Source: Vitrella brassicaformis CCMP3155 (taxonomy: Eukaryota > Protista > Chromerida). From it: a stretch of DNA of 64,000 nt. A program made the translations under genes and the position numbers. Position 1 is the first letter of the stretch. Each line of letters opens with the position of its first letter. Positions 53,401 through 64,000 of this stretch are shown here, piece after piece. The notes beneath the pieces are model-generated. The model did not search any database. It had not been told where the DNA came from and was given only the letters and a program-made list of their open reading frames with translations. The stretch is from contig CDMY01000385.1 of assembly GCA_001179505.1 (NCBI GenBank), forward strand, positions 388,856 to 452,855. Direction: 5' to 3'.

Positions 53401-53720
53401 GCCAGTATGGTTGACCCGAGGTAGCGCACCACGTTGGGGTGGCTGGGGATGCGCTCGAGCATCTCGATCTCCCGCTTGGCCAACGTGTACCGCTCCTTGT
53501 CCTGGCACAGGATTTTCTTGAGGGCGTACTCCTCCCCACTGCCCGTGTCGCGAACCACAAAGACGAATGCGAATCCGCCCTCGCTGAGCTTCCGCTCCTC
53601 CCACACGACGCGCTCGCCGATCTGGTAGGTCCGCCCCGAGCCGAGCTTGCCGCGGACGTTGGCACGCAGGTTCTGGGCCGCCTGCACCAGATTGCTGCTG
53701 AGATTCTTCAGGCCTTGCAT
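50430..53720 (-). CDS. NAK-family (AAK1/BIKE/GAK/Ark1-like) Ser/Thr kinase with long Pro/Gln-rich tail, intronless
   Basis: LSEGGFAFVF; YALKK; HPNVVRY; ILMEFC; PPIVHRDLKIENIL; KLCDFGS; TTMMYRPPEMVD; DIWMLGCILY. Single 3.3-kb ORF. Confidence 0.93.
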   Translation of the reverse strand: MQGLKNLSSNLVQAAQNLRANVRGKLGSGRTYQIGERVVWEERKLSEGGFAFVFVVRDTGSGEEYALKKILCQDKERYTLAKREIEMLERIPSHPNVVRYLGSTILAGESGGGGQSREVCILMEFCRDGHLLSLLDAHDGQLAEDVIVGIFHDVCKGVAHLHGQRPPIVHRDLKIENILGAGGHYKLCDFGSCSTEQIQPKTCARERLLKLQEEIEKYTTMMYRPPEMVDFYKGYELSDKVDIWMLGCILYTLVFYRHPFQDQSPLAIANANYSMPLDTIRVSTGGGGGGGGGGQGGGKLRVGPKLLDLVHWMLAADPRDRPSAAELCRILSKYASISPSALQSYLPPAVLQKSQRMSQQARDHNPDFKFAPIDPSAVAMGGGKKPSKDKDKPKKKRHQHLGQAVGGGEPFAGWTSSPSPPPASPPQWATAGFDANSGWQGFPSPVQQLSDAPGPVTASGGGGGGGNWAVFDEGDAGKARPPQPQLNSGWGFLPPAVDEASHQQQQQQAFRPPLPNNMMHNASPNDGVMAGMPPVGNGKPASPGLPPDLFSLPPQPPQPTPNHHAPLPPSPPWQQQQQQQRQPRETASLPPPSPPPLMQQGGMVQANGMPSFMSPSFDPSVPPTQLSGGLQSAQQQPTQPMMQMQHIHGPSPGGQDVGGGLDLINEWRRSPAPVLQSQAQEQHQYQQQQQEQQMPPQRAARPPSPTMPPSLPATGFYPTQPQQPPLPDVGAGIIMQAANDPTAAAQPTSYSVGSSPPPTAPYQNQPMVPARSSSPLQSPSYPQPMASGGMGMGGGSLQPPMRTMQGQPFASPMVDGRSGGLPRTSSTPSARVSSDMTASPPQPYSQVPSPTMPADPFGRSISVSGPVASGGGAIGGPAQDLLTMQMQRNADTLSSGVPRQTSQDQPMQPQRLAAPQSMMGYQPTQQPPFNNAAPQQQQRPSSAPSQHHQQQQQQNGYAPYPQSFHSGPLTDGNMVHGYPPPAQGPPMQPTAPSAAPGMVAMGGAYPQQQQQQQQGAPMPQQTTHGQQMQMPSHPQQFQQYQQQGGPSAGASPMVPEGVRRDMRAVTMPAGSGPAGAMMGQQGPGGDGRSRSPPTMM

Positions 53721-54192
53721 CGCCGGCAGACAGAGACGGACGGTAGGTGGTATGAAGGTGGTCCGTTCACTCACTCACTTCACTCACCTCCCTGCAGCAG
53801 AGTCGAACAAACATTTGGATAGGTGAAGATGCCCCTGGGTGCTGTGCTCGTGGAGTGAGTGCCATTTCTCTTTCTTACCAGAGCAGTGAACCCGCAGTCA
53901 ACACACCAGTCGGTCGCCACAGAATGCTTCAATCTCGACGTCAGTCGGGAAATCTTCGTAACACCATGGACAGGACACTACAGAGCGCCACAATCGTTCG
54001 TCTTTCGCCTGAACATTCCCTCCCACGCGAACTTTTGCGAGCTAAGCAAGCAAAGCGGATGAGAACCGAACAGAAATGAGTGCTGACGAAGCGAAGCATC
54101 AGCGAGGGGAGTTGTAGCTACAAGTTTGAGCCGCGGAAGCTGAGCGAGAAGGGTATTCAGTCCTTGGGTTTGGTCATCGTGTTGTTCAGTCG
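53721..54192. promoter_or_regulatory. Putative bidirectional promoter (NAK kinase / C2-DUF1765 gene)
   Basis: About 470 bp between divergent start codons. Confidence 0.4.
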
Positions 54193-57100
54193 ATGGGGAA
54201 GATATGCACCAAGCACGCCAAGGGCCAGGGGGCCGAGCCGCTGAATGCCAACCTCAACCACTCGCGCTCCTTCACGGGAGGCGAAATGGCCGGCGCTGTC
54301 GAGGTAAGAAAGCCCACACAAGGATACACGGCGGAGGGAGGGCTGCGTGGGTGGTAGACAGTCGTGTCGGCGTGGCCGCCACTCATGCATGGCATGGCTG
54401 ACCGCCGAGGGGCTGGTCGGGTCGTGATGGATGGCTGAATGGATGTGATGTGTGGTGTTCGTTGTGTGTCGCGTCTGTGTCAGGTTGGGCCGCCACACAA
54501 GGTGGTGGACGAGGAGATTGAGGAGATTTCCAAGACCTACAAGGTCAGCGGCTAGATCAGCTTAGATGTATGAGGCATACGGCCGGACGGACAAAGACGT
54601 CGCCTCCGCGTGTTATCAATTGTGTGTGTGTAGTTTTTTGTGCACATCTGGGGCATCAAGTGCCGGAATCTCAAGGGCGGGGAGAACAGCTTCACGTTTG
54701 TGGTCTTGAACTGGGACGATTACGCACTTGAAAAGAAGACACGGACCGTCAAGAACGGGGCCAATCCAAAGGTGGGTGCTCTGATGATAGATAGTGTGGT
54801 GAATGGCGGCAGGCAGAATGCCGATTGGTGTTGTGTCTGTCTTGCGCCGTGTCTGCCGTGTCTGCCGTGCCGTGTGTTGATGTGAGCAGTGGAACGACGT
54901 GTTTCAGTTCCACTGGACGGCTTCGTCGATCCGCAAGATGAAGGACCAGTACCTCATCATCACCGTCTGTGAGGACGACAAGGGACAGGGAAACGTTCTC
55001 GGATCCGTCAAGGTCAGCCCAGCCCAGCCCAGCCCAGCCAAAGACACAGAGCAGAGCAACTGACCGTCTGTCTTGTGTGCTCGTATGTGTGTCTGGGGCG
55101 GGGTGTGGTGTGGGTGTAGATGTCGTTGTACAGCGTGGCTTCGGGGCCGATTCACCATGACTTCCGTCTGGAGGAGGCGCCGGGGAGCAAGAAGGACTGC
55201 GGCAGGGTCATTTTCGACATACGCATGTCACAGATATGCCAACTGCTCATCAACCCTGTTGAGGTACGTACGCCAGACAGACAGACAGACAGACAGAAGG
55301 ACAAACGCATTCAAAGGCACTCAGGGAGGGAGGGAGGGAGGGAGGCGACTGACTGACTCTCTGCTGTGTTGAATGGACCGTCAGATTCTGGTCAGTTTCC
55401 ACCCCGGCGAGACCTTCGAGGATGACTCAGAGACCTCACCCACACGAGAAGCGGTACGTGACGGTGACAAAGAACGAGAGTGACAGCAAGGGCACAACCT
55501 TGGGCCCTTGCTGTGTTGCGTTGTCTGCAGAGTTTGGATGATGATGACGTTGACACCTCCAAGATTGACATGGAGGCCGACCCCATAGAGGACGAGACCG
55601 AGGCCATCGAGGGCGAGTGGCAACTCGTGCTCTCACCCACGGGCGTGGAGGGCGAGCAGGAGTACTTCTCGACCTGGACAGAAAAGTAAGCGAGTTGGTG
55701 GGGTCTTGTGGGGTGGGTTGGCCGTCCCCACGGCAACCACACACAACCGACCGACCTGCCGATGTGTGTGTGTCCGTGACCCTAGGTGTTCCAATCCGTA
55801 TTGGAACGCCGTTGACGACTCCAAGCTGCCGGACATGCACGTGTCAAGCTCACACGTACGTCAGCAACAACCACCTCACACCAACGTCACAGCACCGCAC
55901 CATGGGTGCCTGCCTGGCTGGTGTACTTCTCTGTTTGTTCAGGTGTCGTTATCTCCTCAGAGCAAGGCGCGTCATATTGTGAGCGGTGACCACCTGGACC
56001 CCAGCCACATCGTCGTGGTGCACCCACACCCATTCACCAACGACGGTATACCATGTCATGGGACACACAGCACAACACAACACAACACATGTGTCGTCTT
56101 GTCTGGTGTCACGCAGCGAATTTCCTGGATGTGCGTTCGGATTTGCGTGCCGGTCCGCCCACGCCGTCTCCCCGCGGGTCGCCCCCCGAGCCCCTCTCCC
56201 CCTTCCCCCTCGGCAGCCAGCCATTCAGCTCTACCGACACCTCGGCCAACAACAACACCAACACCACTGCCGCAACGACAGCCACCACTGCAGCGACTGG
56301 GTCGACGTCGCCGCCCCTGGCAGGTGCTCAGAGGATGTCCATTGCGAGTGTGGCGAGCGGGAGTGTGTCGCCTCCCACTGCGGCATTGCGGTCGGTGACC
56401 AACTCAACCCCCACAACCACCACAGAGGCCACCAGCAAGTCGCCACAGAGGAGACTACGGATAGCGCCCGTCACGTAAGCCGACAGAATGAGCGGCCGCG
56501 TTTCTTTCGTCTCGCTTTGCCGTGAGTCCTTCCTTGTTGACTGTCGCTGTCTCTTTCTCCGTGTCTGTCTGTGTGTGTCAGCGCCCTTGACGACGCGCTG
56601 AAGAAGGAGCTGCAGCACAGCCACTCGTATGCGTCCCTCCACCCGTCAATGCACGCACTCGACCGGCAGGCGACTTACCACAAGCTCAGTAAGCTAGCTG
56701 CACACACAGCTGCACTCAGACTTACACCACAGCGGCCTTTACATTGCATCCGTCGCTCCCTCCCCTGGTGCTTGCAGCGTTGATGTGTCGTAAGGGTCGT
56801 TTGGCCCGGGGTATGCTGCTGGAGTGTCTGCCGACGATTCAGCTGGAGACGACCATGGAGGAGCTTCACCACCAGCACATCCACTTCAAGGTCTACCTGC
56901 GGCGGCTGGGGCTCTCCAGCCTTATGCTCTGCGGCGAGGTCTGGCTGCCCTTCCTCAAGATGTATGACCCGGACGTCGTCGACACGCCACTGGTACCGTA
57001 CTCACGTCAGACACACGGCCGCCCACCATACTGTGTGTGGCTGACGGGTGGGATGATGGTTCAGGATAAGCATTTTTTCGACTCGTATTTCCGTGAGAAG

Positions 57101-57773
57101 CTGTGGCGGTACGGCAAGGCCATCGGACACATCGAGGGGATCGTCGTCTTCCAAAATAACCCCACGGTCAGCCCCTGCCACACACCGAGACACGCAGACA
57201 GAGATCCGCACTGCGCTGTGTGTGTTGTGTGTTGTGTGCTGTGTGTTCAGGTTCGTCAGCTGCTGGCTGGTGTGCACACTGAGGACGGCTTCCGTAGGAT
57301 ATCGCCGCCCATATTGGGGGCGGAGCACAAGTCAGTCAACTTCTTCTTCAGAAACCAAGACATCGTGCCCGTCGAGGTGACGACACACACCACAGACAGA
57401 CACACGATGCGAGCTGTGGAGGCGATGTGTTGTCGTATGTACGTTTGTCAGATCAAGAAGATCACTCAGCTGCACCAGACCCTACTCGACACCCTCTTCG
57501 CTAAGGGACAGCACAAGCCACAGGTAAGCACCCCCACCGACCACAGAAGAATCCTTGTCTGGGTGTGCGTGTCCATGTGTGTCTTTGTGTAACCAGACTG
57601 GCGGTGAGTCGTTCAGTTCGGTGTTCCAGCGGGGTCGGTCTCAGCGGCCGGACTCCCAAGTGCAGGACCTTCCCACCATATGCGAGCAGCTGCTCGCACT
57701 GCTCAAGACCTCACACGCGGTGCGCTCCGCTGCAAACACAGACACACGCATCATATCTTGTTTGTGTGCACGT

Positions 57774-57804
<31 letters not shown>

Positions 57805-60800
57805 GTTGTGTGGTTGTTGGTGTGTGCAGGAGACGCGCAAGTCGTTCATCTACCAGAACGAGAGCGCGATGCTGACAGGGCAGCGGGTGCTGCTCAACCT
57901 GGGCAATCACGTCCTCGAGTACGTCGACTACATCCTGTGGCAGCACCGCACGGGCTACTGCGCCATGCTGCACCAGATTCTCAAACGCGGCGAGCTCGAC
58001 ATCGGCACCTGCCTACCAGAACTGCCGGAGCCATGTAAACTTGTGTTGCCACTTCGCACAGGCAGAAACACCGACACATGAATTGAGTCGATCCACATGT
58101 GTGTTTGTGTGTTTCTCTCTCCTGTCCTCTCCTCTGCTCTCCAGTCCGTTCCAAGAGGTTGCCGCCGCACGATGCCTACCTGTGCTACAAGCTGGTCAAG
58201 CAGGCAGAGAAACCCGCACAACAGATGGAGAGATCGTAACTAACACCTCCCCGCCCACCCAACACACACCACACCCCCCTCGGCCGACGAACGAACTAAT
58301 CCATCGTGCTGTCTCCTTGCTTGGTTGGTTGCAGGGGCCCGACTCAGAGCAAGATCGACCCGCCCTCGTTCAGGAAACCCAAGAACGTAAGAACAAAAGA
58401 GCCACACAGCCACACTAGTCACACTGGGAGAAGTACCGGAGAGACGGACACACACCCATCAACCAACCTGGGTCTGTGTGTGTGTCTTGTGTGATCAGGA
58501 GGAGGCGGCCCCGCTGAAGCTCATCCGCAACTCGTCGCTCTGGTCCATGCAGTCAGACGTACGTGGCAGACACAGACATACTATAGACGACACAGAGTAC
58601 CAGACAGTAAACGAGTCGTTTGATTGATCAATTTATCTGATATATTAGGCTGACAACGAGTCGACGGATGAGGTCCACGCGCACCACCTGCAGGAGCTGG
58701 CCGAGTCACTCACCGACGTGCAAAAGACCGAGCTCATCCTCTACCACAAACGAATGAAGGTTTCTATCCATGCAGTGCACAGATTGATCAGAGATCCTGG
58801 GAGGGAGGAAGCGAATCATCTGACAGGTGTGGTGTGGTGTGTTGTGGTGTGTTGTGGCCCGCAGTTGTGTCGCCAGTACTACCTGTTGCTGCTGAGAATG
58901 CTCTACTACTCCCTCGACAAACTCTCCAAGTCAGTGCCGACACACAACACAAGGACGGCGCGTGCGTTCGGCCGTTTGCACCTCTTTATCAGTAAATTTG
59001 TGGGCTGGCTGGTTGGTTGGTTGATTGGTCCATGGATTGGATTGGATGCAGCGACGCAGTGTTTGAGGGTCAGAAGAAGTACCTCTCGATCTTCCTCTGC
59101 ACCGCATATTTCAGGCTACCTCACGTACGTATGACATACATCGACACTGAACCTCAACAAACACACCGACGCACCATGACACCATTTGTTTGTGCTGCGT
59201 GTCTGCACCGCCCGCAGTTCCGTGAGGACTTGCTGGGCGGTTTGCTGACTAAGGAGGAGCGTGAGATGCAGATCGAGGAGTGGCGGGGCACCGAATACAA
59301 CTTATTCGACCCGGCACTCTCCAGACTAGAAAAGGTCCGTCCGTGGGGCAGTGAGGGAGTGAGTGATGGAGGGAGGGAGGGATGGATGGGCGCGACAGCT
59401 ACTGCAGATGTCTGTCTGTCTGTCTGTCTTCGTGTGTGATGTCTCTATTTGTGTCATGTGTGCAGTGGGTGGATCGCACTGACCTGCAGGTCGTCCTGGA
59501 CTGGGGGGCATTCCACAGAAACCTCAGGGTCAGCCAATACATTCAATCCATGGGGCGAGGCGACCCATATCGCTGTCGTTTGTGCTACATTGATTGCTTG
59601 ATTGGTTGGTGTAGAGTTACTTTGGTGAGGGGTCGTTGGAGGAGGCGGCTGCGTCGCTGACCAAGCCGAAGGGTGACGAGTGGAAGGAACGCATCTGCAA
59701 ACGGGGGACGGCCTTCTTCTCATTTCTGGAGCACTGGGTGGGCCGCTCAGGGGGGAACACAGACAGAGAGACTGCTAAGGAGCTGTGTGTCTGTGTGTGG
59801 CGCGTGTGTGATGTGATTGCTGGCTGCCTGCAGTCCAAGCACGTGTACCAGTTGGTGCCGAACAAGCAGTCTCTCCGGTGGCATCTGATTGCGGGCTACG
59901 CCACTCTGCTCAAGGGGCTGCTCCTGGAGATGAAATACAGGGAAGTCACAAAGGTACGTCAGTGAGTGCAGTGCCAGCCGAGCACTTCACTCACAGGCAT
60001 GTCGGCTGTCGAAGCCAAGCCACCAAATGTACGTGTCTGTGATCGTGTGTGTCCTGTCTGTCATGTGTTGTGTGTGCTCTGCAGTATCCCGATTCGATGC
60101 TGAACAGCAGCGGTGCGATGCTGGCCAACGAGCGGCTGCTCAGCGTTTTCATCAAGATACTCTTCCTCAAAACAAGGTAGGTAGGTAGGTATGTATGTCG
60201 GCACTGACTGCCGCAGGCGTCTCGTCATGCACACGTGTGTGCCGACCGACGGACGTGTGGTATCATTCTTGTCATGTGTGTGTGTGTGTGTGTGTGTATG
60301 TGTGCAGTGCGTATCATCCGCCCAGTGTGTTCTCGGCGATGAACTACCTCGACTACTGGATGCAAGTGAGAAAGGGAGGGAGACAGGGAGGGAGGGAGGC
60401 AGGCCACGCAAGCCGACACAGATGGGGGGATGGATGGATGGCAACGAATCATGTGACGAATGAATGGCCTTACGTGTGCGGCTGTGAAGGTGCTGTCGCT
60501 GCGCAACCAGCCGCTGCCGCCCAACTTTGATTTCCACTTCCTACTCAAGGGTAGGGTACACACACACACACACACACACACTGGCGCGGCATGCATCCAT
60601 GCCCATCCATGGCCATCCATGTGTGTGTTATGTATGTGTTGTGTGTGTTGTGTAGGTTTGGACATCTTGGTTGGGTGTGACATGTGTCTGAACGTGGCCA
60701 AGGGTCTGTGGTTCATCTACAAGAACCTCTCGGTCTTCCAGGGCACTCACCTCAGGGGCATCGTACTCGACCTCCTCATCAACAAATACTTTATCGTGTA

Positions 60801-61869
60801 TGATCAGAGGCACACGTGCATTGCAATACAGACAGACAGACACACACACACACACATACGTCGGGCGGCCACTCCCTGCACACGTCTGTGGCTTTGTTTG
60901 TCTGTGCGGTGTGGGTGTGTCAGTCTGTTTCTGAACTGGAGTTGGTTAGTGCGCAAGTGCTACATCTGGTTCCTCCTATACCGCGTCTGTGGTCAGTGAG
61001 GCGGGCAGGGAGGCACGCTCACATGCAGCCACCTCGTGTCATGCATGTCATGCGTCCACCGTCTGTCTGTCTGTCTGTCTGTGTGTCTGTCCACCATCAG
61101 AGGCGGCACGGCGGACCATCACGCGCATCAGCAGCCCCATGAACAAACTGACCGCAGACGAGAAAACGGTAAGGCCACACACACACACACACACATGCAC
61201 AAACGCCTCCGCTGTGTCATGTCACCCCTCTCCCTCCTCCCTTGATCTCTCCCTATCTTTTCCCTTCCCCCCATCAGATGTTGGACGCCTACAGCCGTCT
61301 GTGTTGGTACCTCAACAAGGTCGGCGCCCCGCCGGTCTTCCCCCACACCTCCCTCCCAAGATACAGATCACTCTCAAGCGGCGAAGGCCAGGAGATCGCA
61401 GCCGCATGTGCGCAGCCTGGGGCACCCGTCACCACCACCACCAGCGGACCCACACCATCCCCAGCCACCAACAACGGCACGGTCGTGGCGGCCCCCTCCC
61501 AGTCGGACACGTCCACCCTGCCGGTGCCTGACAAGGACAGCGGCAGGAGGCGTGGAGGGACCGCTGGTGGTGGTGGTGGGGACAGGAGTTCGCTGATGAA
61601 GCTGGCGGTGGTGGAGGAGATCCCTGAGGAGTGCAACGTGTACATTGAGAGTGCCGTGCCCGAGTTCACCAAGGAGCTTGCGGCCTACAGGGACTGGGTC
61701 ATGGCGGGGGCCGACCCGGTAAGTACGCATCCACTGCAGATTGACAGACACCAACGTCTGCGTGAGACTTGTTCGTTCTCTGTCTTTGTTTGTCACATAG
61801 CTGCCGACGATGCACATTCCCGCGTCGCCGTTGGATCAGAACGTCGATGTGCCCCTGGAGAACTGGTGA
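54193..61869 (+). CDS. N-acylated C2-domain protein with C-terminal DUF1765-like helical region (more than 20 exons)
   Basis: Exon 1 MGKICTKHAK...; C2-like exons VHIWGIKCRNL...KKTRTVKNGANPK|WNDVFQF...LIITVCEDD...LGSVK|MSLYSVASGPIHHDF; C-terminal KRGTAFFSFLEHW, AKGLWFIYKN, FLNWSWLVRKCYIWFLLYR; ends VDVPLENW*. Confidence 0.8.
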
Positions 61870-63014
61870 TGGATGCCATTAAAACCCTCCATCCATCCAT
61901 TCCCCCCCGCTCCCCTCCCCTCCCCCGACGCAGCCATCGTCGGCGCCCCTTGCTTGTGCGTGCCGTCCATCGTCGCGACGCGAGCCAGCCCCAACCGGGT
62001 TTGTTGCTCTTGGGTGGGGTGTGTGCGTATGTATGTATGTGTATGTGCTATTTCTGGCATGGTTGCCTGCCTGCCTGTGTGTGTGCTTCCGTGTGTGTAC
62101 GTCTGTGTGGCCATGGATGCGTACGGTGCCTTGCCTCTCTCTCCCTCTCTCTTGGGGTTGTTTCTCACTCACTGGGTCTGTCTGTCTGTCTGTCTGAGAT
62201 TTAGCTGTTTTTGTGCTGCTGCCTGTGTGTGCGGTGCGGTGGTAAGGGACAAGGGCGCCTGTCTGTAAGTGGGTGGTGGGAGGCTTGGGACGGTCAGGCT
62301 AGCTAGCTGGCTGTACAGACACACGAGAGAGACGCATAGAGAGGGAGGAAGCCAAGGAAGGTGTCCTGTTGCTCGCTTCCTCCACTTAAGTGGCCGGCTT
62401 GCAGAAACGAGGCCAATGCATTCATGGACATGACATGACACGGGCATCGCACCGCTGGCCTTGGATGGGTGATGCATTCATGGCCAGCAACGCCCGCTCA
62501 CGGATGCACAAGTAAGCAAGCACCCAGCCACCCAGCCACCTTGCCAGCCAGGGCAACGGAATGATGTGTGTGGTTGGTGGTTTCAGACGATGGATATGGG
62601 GGCGCGGCGCCTGGAATGCAGCTCTTGTAGTGTATACATCTGCCTCGATGGTGGCTGGCTGGCTGCCTGGACAGCGCTCATCGCTCATTCGAATGGTCAT
62701 TTTCGAACCCCTCGAGGCGGGAGGGATGGCGAGATGACTGGCTGCATGAGTACTGCAGTAGGGAGATTGTGGGCACTGAGGTGAAGCTGGATGGATGGAT
62801 GGATGCTCGTGTGCCTGGTGGCCTTTTTCCGTCTCGCGGCTTTTGAGCCACAGACAACCAGGCAGGTTCTGTTCATCAAACATCACTACCTATGCCTCCA
62901 TTCATCCCATCCCGAGTCAGGCAGCGCACAGCAACGTTCACTACACAATGCACTTTACAAGTACCTCGTCTCTCCCACGCACGCCCATCTCCCTCCCTCT
63001 CTCCCCGGCATCTC

Positions 63015-63374
63015 TCAGCCAGTCGGCAGCTGACTCAGATACCTTCGCCCACACAGCACGAAGCACCGCTCCTCCAGTGCAGCGAACTTTGCCCCAACAA
63101 ACTCTGCAATGACGGGGTGTGAGGGCTCCAGTGCGGCCTCCCTCTCGGCCTGCTGCCTCAGCCGCTCCAGGCATCTCTGTTGGCACTCGGACTGCAGCTG
63201 CGAGAAGTGCATGATCTGCTGCACCATGAGAGGAGGTGCCTTGGGCGCGTCAGACACGGCCTGCTGCAGCTCTGCCAGGCTCTTGGGACGCAGCACCTCC
63301 AGAATGTCGGGGGGACAGTCACTGCTGCTGATCTCGGCAGCCGCTGGTGAAGATCTATCGACTTCGTTCACCAT
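63015..63374 (-). CDS. Hypothetical protein or gene fragment (lineage-specific)
   Basis: Non-repetitive, coding-like open frame MVNEVDRSS...LRPKSLAELQQAV...CLERLRQQAEREAA; may splice onward; no family recognised. Confidence 0.4.
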   Translation of the reverse strand: MVNEVDRSSPAAAEISSSDCPPDILEVLRPKSLAELQQAVSDAPKAPPLMVQQIMHFSQLQSECQQRCLERLRQQAEREAALEPSHPVIAEFVGAKFAALEERCFVLCGRRYLSQLPTG

Positions 63375-63522
63375 GGTTGATGATACAAAGAGAGGGAAGC
63401 AAGAAGCGGACGAGACTCAACGCAATGCGCAGATCAGGACTTGCAGCGGCTAACAGAAAGGCTTATTCCGACGCCCTCCCTCCTCGTCATCGTATGCAAA
63501 CTTTCAACGGCTGCTTACAATC

Positions 63523-64000
63523 GTGGTGGTTTGTGCAGCGCGTATGTGTGTATGGGTGTGTGCAGTGCGTATGACCTTCACTGTTGACCGAGCCAGGTTT
63601 GATTGTCTTTCGTCCGACCGACATCACCCTCTCACTCACGCACACATTCGCAGCCACGCACGAGCCTCCCCCCTTGAAACCGACGCAGGCACGCTATAGT
63701 CAGTGACGCATAACCCCCCTCCCCGATCTCTCCTTCCTCTCTCCCCCTCCCTCGCAGTCACACATGGCACCGAACAAACAGTGAGCCCAATGCCCTTCCT
63801 CCCCCATTTGACGCATACTGTCTGTCATTCTCTCGCTGGCGTGTTCGGTGGGTCATATTCACTGCTGTTTATCAGGCGCACACATCACACTCACACACAC
63901 TCCCTGTGCATCACAAGCAAACAGTCGGACAGCCAGGCGTATAAGCCAAGAAGTCGAGATGTGTCCACCGGCCGGCCACCTCGCCAGCGTGACACCATGG
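63523..64000 (-). repeat. Copy B of inverted duplication (partner 39994-40521); runs off the window end
   Basis: Reverse complement matches 39994-40521; homology is still intact at base 64000. Confidence 0.95.

Overview
Eukaryotic, GC-rich, intron-dense nuclear DNA. It is most consistent with a chromerid alveolate such as Vitrella; this is inferred from a fibrillin with a signal peptide plus Phe-start plastid transit peptide, a cathepsin C/DPAP, and microsatellite-filled short introns. About 16 protein-coding loci are supported: TMEM42, a LAGLIDADG endonuclease-like gene, a BTB-like protein, a low-complexity protein with a possible AP2-like domain, PAP/fibrillin, cathepsin C, prefoldin 5, monodehydroascorbate reductase, a DUF4795-like coiled-coil protein, METTL18, a caprin-like protein, a 3xCCCH zinc-finger protein, a NAK kinase, a C2/DUF1765-like protein and two short hypotheticals. 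There are also microsatellite deserts and two 300-N gaps. No rRNA, tRNA or CRISPR was recognised. The three most notable observations are: (1) an intronless nuclear double-motif LAGLIDADG gene with a mitochondrial-type presequence and apparent lesions; (2) introns that repeatedly carry AC-rich repeats at the 5' end and complementary GT-rich repeats at the 3' end, suggesting RNA-bridge-assisted splicing; (3) a diverged inverted duplication of about 0.5 kb or more bracketing a 23-kb block. Exon boundaries were read by eye and multi-exon coordinates are gene spans.
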